Below, one piece after another: positions 38,506 through 47,551 of a stretch of 64,000 nt of DNA (positions are counted from its first letter, which is position 1; each line of letters starts with the position of its first letter). Both the position numbers and the translations under genes were made by a program. The stretch comes from Promethearchaeia archaeon (lineage in GTDB: Archaea; Asgardarchaeota; Lokiarchaeia; Sigyniarchaeales; SOKP01). The notes below the pieces were generated by a model. It did not search any database. It saw only the letters and a program-made list of their open reading frames with translations, and was not told the DNA's origin. The DNA is taken from NCBI GenBank assembly GCA_029856125.1, contig JAHQWJ010000107.1, positions 1-64,000 on the forward strand. The letters run 5' to 3'.

Positions 38506-40383
38506 ATGAGTGAAAATTTAATTGGATATAATGGAAAAATAGCATATGTTAACTTAACTGACGAAAAAGTTGATGTTAAAGAGTTAGATCCTCAAATTGC
38601 GAAAGATTACCTTGGAGGTACGGGTTTGAGCGCTAAAATAACATACGATCTGTTATCGGAAACCGATTACGGAACTTTAAAAAACGATCCTTATTCTGAG
38701 ATAAATCCTTTAATATTTGCTACCGGACCAGTTACAGGAACGACTCGGCCATCTTCAGGAAGATATTCAGTAACAGCAATCTCACCTCTCACAGGAATTT
38801 GGGGGGAAGGCACTTCTGGAGGTTATTTCCCAATTTCTCTACGAAATAGCGGTTTTGATGCGATAGTGATTACCGGAAAATCTAAAAAACCTACCTATCT
38901 CTACATTCACGACGAAATCATTGAATTTAAGGATGCTATTACTATTTGGGGAAAAGATACTTACGAAAGTCAATCAATTTTGAAATCAGAACTTAATAAC
39001 GATAAAGCTCGGATTGCTACGATAGGAATCGCTGGTGAAAATCTCGTGAAATACGCGGGAATCATTAACGACGAAGGACGCGCTATAGGACGATCTGGTA
39101 TGGGCGCCATTATGGGGTCAAAAAACTTGAAAGCATTAGCAATTCACGGAACTAAAAGAGTTCAAATCGCAGACAATGCTGTAGGCAAAGAATTGTTAAA
39201 GCAAGAAGAGGATGTTAAACGCAAAGACCTACTTAAAACATTGGTCCCATTTCTTTTCACGCTGTATGGGACGAATTGTTATCTAGATATGGGAATGGCT
39301 CTGGGCGATACTCCCGGTTATTATTTCACTAGAAACGAGTTCTTTGCCGATAAACTTACGGGAAAAACGTTACGAGAAGAATACCCCGTTTTAGATTATG
39401 GTTGTGCCGGATGTACTATGAGGTGTGGTAAGACAACTATTATAGAGAACAATGGTAAAGAGATTAAAGTAGATGGTCCGGAATACGAATCAGTAGCTGC
39501 TTTTGGACCATTATGCGGCGTCTTTGATTCTAAGAAAGTAATCCTTTCCAATCACATGTGCAATGTCTATGGTTTTGATACAATTTCAAGTGGAGTTTCG
39601 ATCGCTTTCTTAATTTATTTAGTAGAAAACAACCTAGGGATTGAGAACATTAAGCAACACTTAAAGGATATTAATATTGGAGACATAAAATGGGGAAACG
39701 GAGATGTAGTGTTAAAATTACTTGATAAAATTGCGATCAGAGAGGATATAGGTAAAATTCTCGCAGATGGAGTAAAAGCAATGGCAAAAGAGCTTAATGT
39801 GGATCCTGAGCTAGCAGCCCACGTAAAAGGTTTAGAGATACCAATGCACGATCCAAGAGCATTTTCCGGACAAGCATTGAGCTATATGACCTGTTATATG
39901 GGCGCTAACCACGAAAAGTGCGATTGGTTTGGTGCGGAATTATTGCTCTTTAAATATCCGAAAATCAGAGTAAAATCGGGAGATAGAGTTGCAATCAGAG
40001 GTAGAGAAAAAGGGGTTATATCCTTACAAGATTTAAGAGCAATTGATGACTCCGCCACTAATTGTAATTTCATAAACCCCCCACTCGACCACATTATCAA
40101 ATTTATCAACGCATCTACAGACTTTAACTATAGCAAAAAATCCTTAATGCTTGTTGGAGAACGAATAAATACTCTTAAAAGGCTCATAAGTTGTAAACTA
40201 GGAACAACCAGGCAAGATGACCGATTACCAAAACATGTTCTCAAGGAATTAAAATCGGGTAAAACAGGGGGCGTAAAATTAGACTTAGAAGGGAGTTTAG
40301 AAACATATTATAAAATTCGTGGATGGGCTTGGGAGACTGGTTGGCCATCAAAAGAAAAACTCGAAGAACTAAATATACAATAA
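38506..40383 (+). CDS. aor: Tungsten-dependent aldehyde:ferredoxin oxidoreductase family protein (second copy)
   Basis: SPLTG, IGIAGE, GRSGMGAIMGSKNLKA, CAGCTMRC, GPEYES, GFDTIS, KGLEIPMHDPR. Confidence 0.9.
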   Translation: MSENLIGYNGKIAYVNLTDEKVDVKELDPQIAKDYLGGTGLSAKITYDLLSETDYGTLKNDPYSEINPLIFATGPVTGTTRPSSGRYSVTAISPLTGIWGEGTSGGYFPISLRNSGFDAIVITGKSKKPTYLYIHDEIIEFKDAITIWGKDTYESQSILKSELNNDKARIATIGIAGENLVKYAGIINDEGRAIGRSGMGAIMGSKNLKALAIHGTKRVQIADNAVGKELLKQEEDVKRKDLLKTLVPFLFTLYGTNCYLDMGMALGDTPGYYFTRNEFFADKLTGKTLREEYPVLDYGCAGCTMRCGKTTIIENNGKEIKVDGPEYESVAAFGPLCGVFDSKKVILSNHMCNVYGFDTISSGVSIAFLIYLVENNLGIENIKQHLKDINIGDIKWGNGDVVLKLLDKIAIREDIGKILADGVKAMAKELNVDPELAAHVKGLEIPMHDPRAFSGQALSYMTCYMGANHEKCDWFGAELLLFKYPKIRVKSGDRVAIRGREKGVISLQDLRAIDDSATNCNFINPPLDHIIKFINASTDFNYSKKSLMLVGERINTLKRLISCKLGTTRQDDRLPKHVLKELKSGKTGGVKLDLEGSLETYYKIRGWAWETGWPSKEKLEELNIQ

Positions 40384-40452
40384 TTTATTTTTTTTTATGG
40401 TTAAATTAAAAATAACCCCTCATAGCAAATATCTAAATAAAATTATTTCTTT

Positions 40453-41436
40453 TCAATCTCTATTTTGATAAGTAATTTCTTCTAAAGCTTCTAAAAAATA
40501 ATCGTTTTCTTTTCTAGTTCCTATTGTAACCCGAAAATATTCTGAACCAAGTTGTTTTGATACGTCGAGTACCAATACTCCTTGCTCGATTAATTTTTTT
40601 GAAATGTTAGGTATTTTTGTTTTCATTAATAAAAAATTCGAATAACTTTTAAAAACTGAGATATCTAATTTTAAAGCAACACTTCTAATTCGATTTTTTT
40701 CTTTTTCGACTATTTTAATATATTCTATTGCATAGTTTTTATTTTTCAAGGCACTTATGCCAGCTACTACGCTTGGATAAGGGAGCATTGTATTAATTCC
40801 GAGAAACCTCTTTTGGATAGTCTCTCCTCCAATTATATATCCTATTCCTAGCCCAGACAATCCAAACCCCTTACTTAATGTTCTTAAAATAGCTAGATTA
40901 GGGTGATCTGCGATTAAATTAGCATATGTTACATTTGAAAATTCAAAATAAGCTTCGTCTACTAAAAAAATGTTGTTTTCATTTTCTAAAATCAACTTTA
41001 CTTCATTTTTATCTAAAATTATATTTCCAGTTGGATTGTTAGGGTTATCTAAAATAATTAATGTTGGTTTTTTTAACTCATCAATTAGCGGTACAATTGA
41101 AAATTTAAATTCAGGTTCTTTTAATCTTATCTTTAAAATTGAAGAATAGGTCTTTCGACAGGTCGCGTTAATTAAAAAAAATGACGGATCAGCGAGAATA
41201 ATTTGTCTATTTTTCGAAAAAAGATAAATAAATTCTTTAAGCAAGATATCAGATGCGGAACTAAGAATAATTGAATCTTTAGGAGAGTTCGTATAAATAT
41301 TTAATAAGGATAATAATTCGTCTGCTTTACTTTGAGGAGTATATCGATTTAAGAATCCTATGCTTTTTTTGATAGGATCGGTAATCGCTCTTGGGAGCTT
41401 TATAGACATTTCGTTTCGATCCAATCTAATTAACAT
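40453..41436 (-). CDS. HisC/CobC-like class I/II PLP aminotransferase
   Basis: LDRNE, DNPNNPTG, DEAYFEF, RTLSKGFGL. Confidence 0.8.
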   Translation of the reverse strand: MLIRLDRNEMSIKLPRAITDPIKKSIGFLNRYTPQSKADELLSLLNIYTNSPKDSIILSSASDILLKEFIYLFSKNRQIILADPSFFLINATCRKTYSSILKIRLKEPEFKFSIVPLIDELKKPTLIILDNPNNPTGNIILDKNEVKLILENENNIFLVDEAYFEFSNVTYANLIADHPNLAILRTLSKGFGLSGLGIGYIIGGETIQKRFLGINTMLPYPSVVAGISALKNKNYAIEYIKIVEKEKNRIRSVALKLDISVFKSYSNFLLMKTKIPNISKKLIEQGVLVLDVSKQLGSEYFRVTIGTRKENDYFLEALEEITYQNRD

Positions 41437-41519
41437 TTTTTAATCCCTAATATATTAAAATTGCTTTTATTATTCGTTTACCCTCTTCTAATATATGAAA
41501 TATACTAAAAATTAAATGC

Positions 41520-42626
41520 TTAACATTCAATTTCTATTATTAGCTCTTCCTTGTATCCGATTATCACTTTTGCAAGTCCTTTAAGCATTTCATCGGTTTT
41601 AATATCGCCAGTATCTACCATTAAACATCTTAAACCTTTAATTTTTTCTTCAGTTGAAACTATTTTAATATTATTTTTTCCAATTCTTTTTAGAATATTA
41701 GGAGTAATCTGCTTATTACCTCTTCCAAAAATAAATCCTTGCCCACCTATTGGCGAAACGATAATTTTTGCCTTTTTACATTTATTCAGAAGTTCTAGGA
41801 TTCCACGTTCATTTAAATCAACACCAATAATCTTATCGTTATAAAGAGCATCAACTCCAAGTAAGCTTTTTGTTAGATTTAACTGATCAGTGATTGCTTT
41901 TACAGTTGTACCAGGTCCAAGTAAATATAGTGTATCATCTTCTAAATTTTCAATAACATGTTGAGCAATTTCATTTTTATTTTCTTTAATGGATCTTCCT
42001 ATTTTAGAACTATCTTTCCCAGCCTGTAGAAGATTTATAACTTTAGGAACATTTAAGTATCCGTATAGTCTTGAATCTAAAATTCCTTCTCGAAACGATT
42101 CTTCATTAATATCTAAAACCTCATTTTCCTGAAGTTCTACTATTTCATTTATGAATTTATCAACAATTTCGGCAGCAGCTCTAGGGTTAATGGCAAAAAC
42201 AGAGCTGAACATTTTAACGCCAGAAGGTATTGCCACAACAGGTATGGATATGCCAATGGCATCGTGAATATCTCTGGCTGTCCCGTCTCCGCCACAAAAA
42301 ATCAATAATTCAATATTTTGTTGCTTCATCATTTTAGCTATTCTTTTTGTATCTTCAGCAGTAGTTTCTTGATTGATATCACCAATTATTTCGAAATTAA
42401 TGCCAGTTTCTTTCACAATATTAGCGCCCATATTTCCTGGAGCAACCAATAAATGAATTTTACCTTTGGTTTTTATCTTAGAAAGAAAAGAGCGAATTCT
42501 ATCAGGGGTTATTGGTTTAGCACCCATTTTAATAGCTTTCTTAAATGTGTCACCATCTGTTCCTTTTAGCCCTACGCTACCGCCCATCCCTGCGATTGGA
42601 TTTACTATGAGCCCAATTTTCTTCAT
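41520..42626 (-). CDS. ATP-NAD kinase family protein
   Basis: NPIAGMGGSVGLKGTDG, GGDGTARD, IPSGVKMFS, GGQGFIFGRGN. Confidence 0.8.
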   Translation of the reverse strand: MKKIGLIVNPIAGMGGSVGLKGTDGDTFKKAIKMGAKPITPDRIRSFLSKIKTKGKIHLLVAPGNMGANIVKETGINFEIIGDINQETTAEDTKRIAKMMKQQNIELLIFCGGDGTARDIHDAIGISIPVVAIPSGVKMFSSVFAINPRAAAEIVDKFINEIVELQENEVLDINEESFREGILDSRLYGYLNVPKVINLLQAGKDSSKIGRSIKENKNEIAQHVIENLEDDTLYLLGPGTTVKAITDQLNLTKSLLGVDALYNDKIIGVDLNERGILELLNKCKKAKIIVSPIGGQGFIFGRGNKQITPNILKRIGKNNIKIVSTEEKIKGLRCLMVDTGDIKTDEMLKGLAKVIIGYKEELIIEIEC

Positions 42627-42827
42627 ATTGATATTTTACCCTTGTAAGAGGTCGAGATAGTTTCACTTATGATTTGAATTTAAACTTTTATTTCCTATTA
42701 CAAACAATATAATTTAGGATTCCTTACTTTTATAATTTTAAATTAAAAAATGAAAGGAGAAGAAAATACGCGCAATAATGAAATCTTCAGTAATTTGTTT
42801 TACACCTAGAAATTAACCAACTGTGAG

Positions 42828-43031
42828 TTAATTATTCAATTTATCATAGCAATTTTGGCAGAAAAAGATTTTCCGCCCTTTTGAAATGTCCTTAACCATA
42901 TAACCTTTCTTATGCGCAGTCTCACAACCCCAACACAGCTTAGTAATATGAGTTTCAACGATGTGATATTCTTTTTTATCAAATTTATCTTCTTTTATGA
43001 GTTCCTTATAACTTGACAATATTTCGCTCAA
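42828..43031 (-). CDS. Small zinc-finger hypothetical protein
   Basis: CWGC...FCQNC, 67 aa, TTG start. Confidence 0.55.
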   Translation of the reverse strand: MSEILSSYKELIKEDKFDKKEYHIVETHITKLCWGCETAHKKGYMVKDISKGRKIFFCQNCYDKLNN

Positions 43032-43276
43032 CTTTAGGTTTTATAATTATGAATGAGTTTTCGAATAATCATTCAATATATTTTATTATTTGAATAGAAT
43101 CATATGAGATATTTAAATATTATGAGTGCGTAATATTGGTAGTTATAAGGATTCTAATAAAAGCCTTGGTTGAAATTTATCGGCGAAAGTTGAAAGAAGA
43201 GTGAACTCTACTTTTGTTAATATAATTTTCTTGTAGATCAAAAAAAGCATATTTAGTAAGGAAAATTACTCTTTTT

Positions 43277-43903
43277 ATGGAATATTGGGAAAAGCGTTTC
43301 TTAGATGGCGGTAAAATCTGGGGAGAAAAGCCTAGTAAAACCGCTATTCACGCTCTTGAGCTTTTTCAAAGGCACGATGTTAACAAAATTTTGGTTCTGG
43401 GAGCAGGTTATGGTCGAAATACGAAATTATTTACGGATGCTAATTTAGAAGTAGTAGGAATTGAAGTTTCTGAATCCGCTATAAAAATAGCGAGGAATTT
43501 GAACCCAAAAACTCAATTTTTTCACGGATCAGTATTAGACATGCCTTTTAACGACGAACAATACGATGGTATCTATAGCTGTAATGTATTGCATTTATTC
43601 CTGAAAGACGATCGAATTTCTTTCTTGAAGAAATGTTATAAACAATTGAAGACAAAAGGTTTTGTCTTTTTTGTGGTATTTTCTGACAAGGAAATAAGTT
43701 TTGGAAAGGGAAAACGAGTTGAAGAAAATACCTACGAAATTAAACCTTGGAGACCCGCTCACTATTTCACAGAAATCGATTTACGAGACCATTTTAAGGA
43801 ATATTCAGTAATTAAAACGGGATTAATCGAAGATGTAGAAAACCATGGAGATTTAGGTCCTCATTCGCATATTCTTAGATATATTTTTGCCCAAAAGGAG
43901 TAA
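43277..43903 (+). CDS. Class I SAM-dependent methyltransferase
   Basis: ILVLGAGYGRN, GSVLDMPF. Confidence 0.85.
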   Translation: MEYWEKRFLDGGKIWGEKPSKTAIHALELFQRHDVNKILVLGAGYGRNTKLFTDANLEVVGIEVSESAIKIARNLNPKTQFFHGSVLDMPFNDEQYDGIYSCNVLHLFLKDDRISFLKKCYKQLKTKGFVFFVVFSDKEISFGKGKRVEENTYEIKPWRPAHYFTEIDLRDHFKEYSVIKTGLIEDVENHGDLGPHSHILRYIFAQKE

Positions 43904-44140
43904 ATACTTAGAGAGTAAACATTATTTCATGTATAAGTTAATAAAAATGTTAAGGAATACATAGGACACAATCCTATCGTTCATCTTCCACTATCATTTT
44001 CTGAAAGATTTCAATCTTCTTCAAGATTTATTCCTATTAGGTTTAAAATAATGAGAAAAAGTTTCATTTTCCTTTCCGTATTTTGTTAAAATTATCCTCT
44101 TAAATGTTCCTATATCCAATCGATTTTTCACTTTTTCTCA

Positions 44141-44501
44141 TCAACATCCAACATCTTGTTGTAATTCAATAATAGTATCCGGATATAAATTGAATTTGAT
44201 ATCTTCTCTTATTGGATTAAATTTTCTGTAAAGACCTTGATCATCAGGAGCATAAGGAGATAACCCGACATCGTCGTAAATTGTTTCGTCATCCAAATTT
44301 ACAAATAGTTGCAGATAGTTGTGGATATATCCTTCATGAATAGGAAAAATTTTATTCTCTAAACTTTCACTTTCCATTTTGTCAACCAACGCTAATGTTT
44401 CAATAAAATTTGCTTCATCCTTAATCTCAAGATCGTAGTCCTTTCCACTTTGCAAGCCTTTTATCGGAATTGATATTTTAAATTTTAGCTTTTTGACTCA
44501 T
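44141..44501 (-). CDS. Putative ubiquitin-like/MoaD-fold protein ending in Gly-Cys; apparent 1-nt frameshift near the start
   Basis: ATG at 44499-44501 is out of frame by one base in an A5 run (44490-44494). Removing one A gives MSQKLKFKISIPIKGLQSGKDYDLEIKDEANFIETLALVD..NYLQLFVN..LYPDTIIELQQDVGC. Confidence 0.5.
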
Positions 44502-44550
44502 CTCACCTCTAATTGATTATAAGTGTTATAATTCTTAAAAAAAAAAAAAA

Positions 44551-45414
44551 TTAAATCTTTTTGCCCATCTTCTTTCGAGCTTTTTTAAGATCGCTATCGG
44601 TGAATTTATGTACAAGCTTGGGAAATAATCTCATTAATCTCCAATATATTTTAGATGATCCTGCATGAATATAGAGCTTCTCTTTCAATACGCCCTTGAT
44701 AATAACTTCAGCTACTTCATCGGGTTGCATAAGTCCTCCTCTTTCAGCAATTATATTTAACTCTTCAGGTCTGCTCTTTGCTTCTTCGTGGAGTCCGAAT
44801 GTATCAGTATCAGGAGGGTATACTATAGAAACTTTGATGTTATATTGTTTGTATTCATTTCTCAGGACCTCACTTAGTCCTACAATCGCAAATTTAGTGG
44901 GGGTGTACGCAGCATAACCCATTAAACCAATGTATCCTGAAATAGAAGACATGTTAATAAAATGACCCTCTTTTCGTTCCATATAATAAGGCAATACTGT
45001 TAAAATTGGATTTAATTGACCAAAAAAATTGGTATCCATATGAAATTTATAATTCTCGATAGTCAATTTATCTGTATAATCTGGATAAGATATACCTACG
45101 ATATTAAATAAGTAATCTGGAACACCAAACTCTTTAATGTGCTTTTTAAATAACCTTTCAACTTGTTCCATATTAGACATATCGCAGGAAATCACTTCCA
45201 CTAATTGATTTTCGTTTACTTTCAAGCTATTAATCTCTTCATAGGCATCGTTTAATGTTTCTAAAGTTCTTGCTACTATACACACGTTCCCGCCTAATTG
45301 TACGAATAATTTTGCTGTGGCTTTCCCAATCCCTTTTGAACCACCACTAATTATTGCCCATTTTCCTTTAAACGGTTGTTTTTTTATTAGTTTTTCTTTT
45401 ACCATTTGATTCAC
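44551..45414 (-). CDS. SDR oxidoreductase, 3-ketodihydrosphingosine reductase (KDSR)-like
   Basis: SGGSKGIG, YTPTK (YxxxK), YPPDTDTFGLHEEAKSRP. Confidence 0.75.
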   Translation of the reverse strand: MNQMVKEKLIKKQPFKGKWAIISGGSKGIGKATAKLFVQLGGNVCIVARTLETLNDAYEEINSLKVNENQLVEVISCDMSNMEQVERLFKKHIKEFGVPDYLFNIVGISYPDYTDKLTIENYKFHMDTNFFGQLNPILTVLPYYMERKEGHFINMSSISGYIGLMGYAAYTPTKFAIVGLSEVLRNEYKQYNIKVSIVYPPDTDTFGLHEEAKSRPEELNIIAERGGLMQPDEVAEVIIKGVLKEKLYIHAGSSKIYWRLMRLFPKLVHKFTDSDLKKARKKMGKKI

Positions 45415-45458
45415 TATTTCTGTTTATATTTTACTAATCTTACTTATTTTTAGTTTTA

Positions 45459-45854
45459 TTAAAAATTTATAAAACCATATACCATGTATAGTATCCCAAA
45501 AATGACGCAATATAAGTTAATAACTAAGCTCATTATTGTATCAGACGTACTCTTCTTATATCCACCATTTTGAGCATTAAAAGATATGTCTAATAGCCCT
45601 AAAAATAAAATAGCACTTCCTGCAGCTATGGAAAAAAACACACCATATCTTTCACCAGTCAATAGACCTATTGCTGCAAGTAATAGAGCAGGTGTCGCCC
45701 AAAATACATCTGGAATTGGAAATGACCTTTCAAAAGCAAGAAAAACTTCAGTATTTTCAGGATTTTTATTCTCTACTAAGAAAAAATATATCCAGAATCC
45801 CCCAATGCCGATAGCTCCAATTATTTGAAATATTGCAATTATCACATTTATCAT
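45459..45854 (-). CDS. Small 4-TM hypothetical membrane protein
   Basis: Hydrophobic helices, FERSFPIPD motif. Confidence 0.65.
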   Translation of the reverse strand: MINVIIAIFQIIGAIGIGGFWIYFFLVENKNPENTEVFLAFERSFPIPDVFWATPALLLAAIGLLTGERYGVFFSIAAGSAILFLGLLDISFNAQNGGYKKSTSDTIMSLVINLYCVIFGILYMVYGFINF

Positions 45855-45877
45855 TTTTTTTCACCTCTTATTATATA

Positions 45878-46690
45878 TTAGATATCCGATTTAAAATAAT
45901 ATGCTGGAACTCCAACTTCAGTTATTCCTCCATCAATAGGGAAATTATGTCCTGTTATAAAATCCGATAAATGAGATGCTAAAAATAGGAGTACATTCAC
46001 GACATCCTCAACTGTTCCTAATCTGTTTAAAGGAGTTTTGACGTGTCCATCATCCATTATCATTTTAATAGCATCTTCCCTATTATCATAAATACCAGTT
46101 ATATGATATCCTGGAGATATTGAATTAACTGTAACTTTTGGAGCAAGACTTTGAGCCAACATCTGAACCATAGCAATAATTCCAACCTTACTAATAGTAT
46201 AAACTGGAGTTTTATTATCAACTTTCATTCCCGCTATTGATGCTGTATGAATGATTTTTCCTGCTATAGGTTCAAACGTTTGTTTTTTCATTTTTTTTGA
46301 CACTGATTTAGACACTAGCCATTCCCCCTTAAGATTTACATCTAAAATTCTATCCCAATCTTTTTCTTTTGTTCTTAACAAGTCAGCTCCATATGGATAT
46401 CCGACACCTGCATTATTAAATAATACAAAAACATTATCTAATTCTTGAAAGGCTTGTTTTGCCATTGCTTCTACTTGGTCTGACTTTGAAACATCACATA
46501 TTATTGGGATTACCTTTTGGCTAGTTTCTTTTTCAATATCTTTAGATGTCTCTTCTAGAAGCTCTTTATTTATATCTACTAAAACTAAATTTGCTCCTCG
46601 TTCAGCAAAGGCATACGCTACACCCTTTCCAAATCCAGAAGCACCACCTGTAATTATAGCTCCTTTTCCTTCTAAAAATTTACCTTCCAT
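45878..46690 (-). CDS. SDR family oxidoreductase (FabG-like)
   Basis: TGGASGFG, NNAG, YTISK, NSISPG, TPLNRLG, DGG. Confidence 0.9.
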   Translation of the reverse strand: MEGKFLEGKGAIITGGASGFGKGVAYAFAERGANLVLVDINKELLEETSKDIEKETSQKVIPIICDVSKSDQVEAMAKQAFQELDNVFVLFNNAGVGYPYGADLLRTKEKDWDRILDVNLKGEWLVSKSVSKKMKKQTFEPIAGKIIHTASIAGMKVDNKTPVYTISKVGIIAMVQMLAQSLAPKVTVNSISPGYHITGIYDNREDAIKMIMDDGHVKTPLNRLGTVEDVVNVLLFLASHLSDFITGHNFPIDGGITEVGVPAYYFKSDI

Positions 46691-46824
46691 ATCTTTTCAT
46701 CTTTTATATCAAATATCTTATATGATTTATTTGTTGTTAAATCATTTAAATATTTAATTCAAGTAGTGAATATCAAAAAAAGAGGAAAATAATAATCAGT
46801 TTTCCTAATATAATATAGTAATAT

Positions 46825-46884
46825 TTGATAACCCGTGCAAGGTAGTCCTCAAGCGTCTAGAATTTATACACTTGAATCATTCAA
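46825..46884 (-). promoter_or_regulatory. Eukaryote-like SECIS element 3
   Basis: Minus strand: UUGA-AUGA-U-UCAAGUGU-[AUAAAUUCUAG]-ACGCUUGA-G-GA-CU-ACCU-UGCAC-GGGU-UA-UCAA; 8 of 8 bp in upper helix including one G-U. Confidence 0.87.
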
Positions 46885-46899
46885 TTTTTATTTTTGGAA

Positions 46900-47406
46900 T
46901 TAATTTTGTAAATAAGTATCAATCGCGTTTAGAATATCTTGAATTTTAGGTCTATCTGTTTTAGTACCGATATAACGCCACACGATTTTACCATTTCGAT
47001 CTATTAGGTAAGTTGAAGGAATTGCGAGCTCACTTTTGATCGTATCATAATCTATTGGTATTCCAAAGACATTATAATCTTTTGAAATCTTTGCTTGTTC
47101 GTCCGCAATTATCGAAAATTTATAGTTTTCCTTGTCGGCAAGCCGTTTTAAAAGTCTTGCTCTATCCGTTGCGATTGACACAAATTTTACATTTCTCATT
47201 TCAATTTCAGATATATCGTTGTTAAGTTTTAATAATTGTTCCTTTCAATAGTGTCACCAAGCACCTCTGAAAAAATCGATTAATAATCCGCGGTATTCTT
47301 GAAGAACATCTGTTGAATTGATTTTAGCTCCATGGATATCAACAGTATCAATCACTGGTGCCATGCTCCCTGTCTTTAAACCTTTTTCAGAATTTGAGAC
47401 AGTCAT
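46900..47406 (-). CDS. Peroxiredoxin-like (AhpC/TSA) selenoprotein with UxxU motif (U51, U54), 168 aa
   Basis: MTVSNSEKGLKTGSMAPVIDTVDIHGAKIN..LLIDFFRGAW-U-HY-U-KEQLLKL..EIEMRNVKFVSIATD..; TGA at 47254-47256 and 47245-47247, in frame with ORF 46900..47199. Confidence 0.9.
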
Positions 47407-47551
47407 TATACCGTTGAAAAAAATGCATTGAATTTAAAAAAAATTCTGATGAATTATAAAACTTGCCCAGTAAGAAGAAAAACTAGAGGCAAATATTTAT
47501 TTACATAGCTCATTTTAAGATTTAATATAGATAACCCAAGTGATTAAAAAA

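Noticed and set aside
38494-38508. adh TGA stop is in frame with the aor ATG (TGA GGG AAA AAA ATG), so an ADH-AOR read-through fusion is possible
   Set aside because: The TGA is at the natural ADH end and not at a Cys position, it overlaps a likely RBS, and no SECIS follows aor; being in frame has a 1-in-3 chance
40453-41436. Calling this gene hisC
   Set aside because: A better hisC lies inside the his operon; this paralog lacks the conserved Arg after the PLP-lysine motif (GLGIGY), so its substrate is uncertain
43049-43078. Hairpin GAAUGA...UCAUUC containing AUGA, as a fourth SECIS
   Set aside because: The AUGA is Watson-Crick paired, there is no G-A tandem geometry or GCA side arm, and no upstream in-frame TGA gene
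44020-44146. GGA TGT TGA TGA resembles the thioredoxin-reductase Gly-Cys-Sec tail, with about 38 open codons after it
   Set aside because: No AUGA/8-bp/AAA/GA SECIS pattern found downstream; a tandem stop is the simpler explanation
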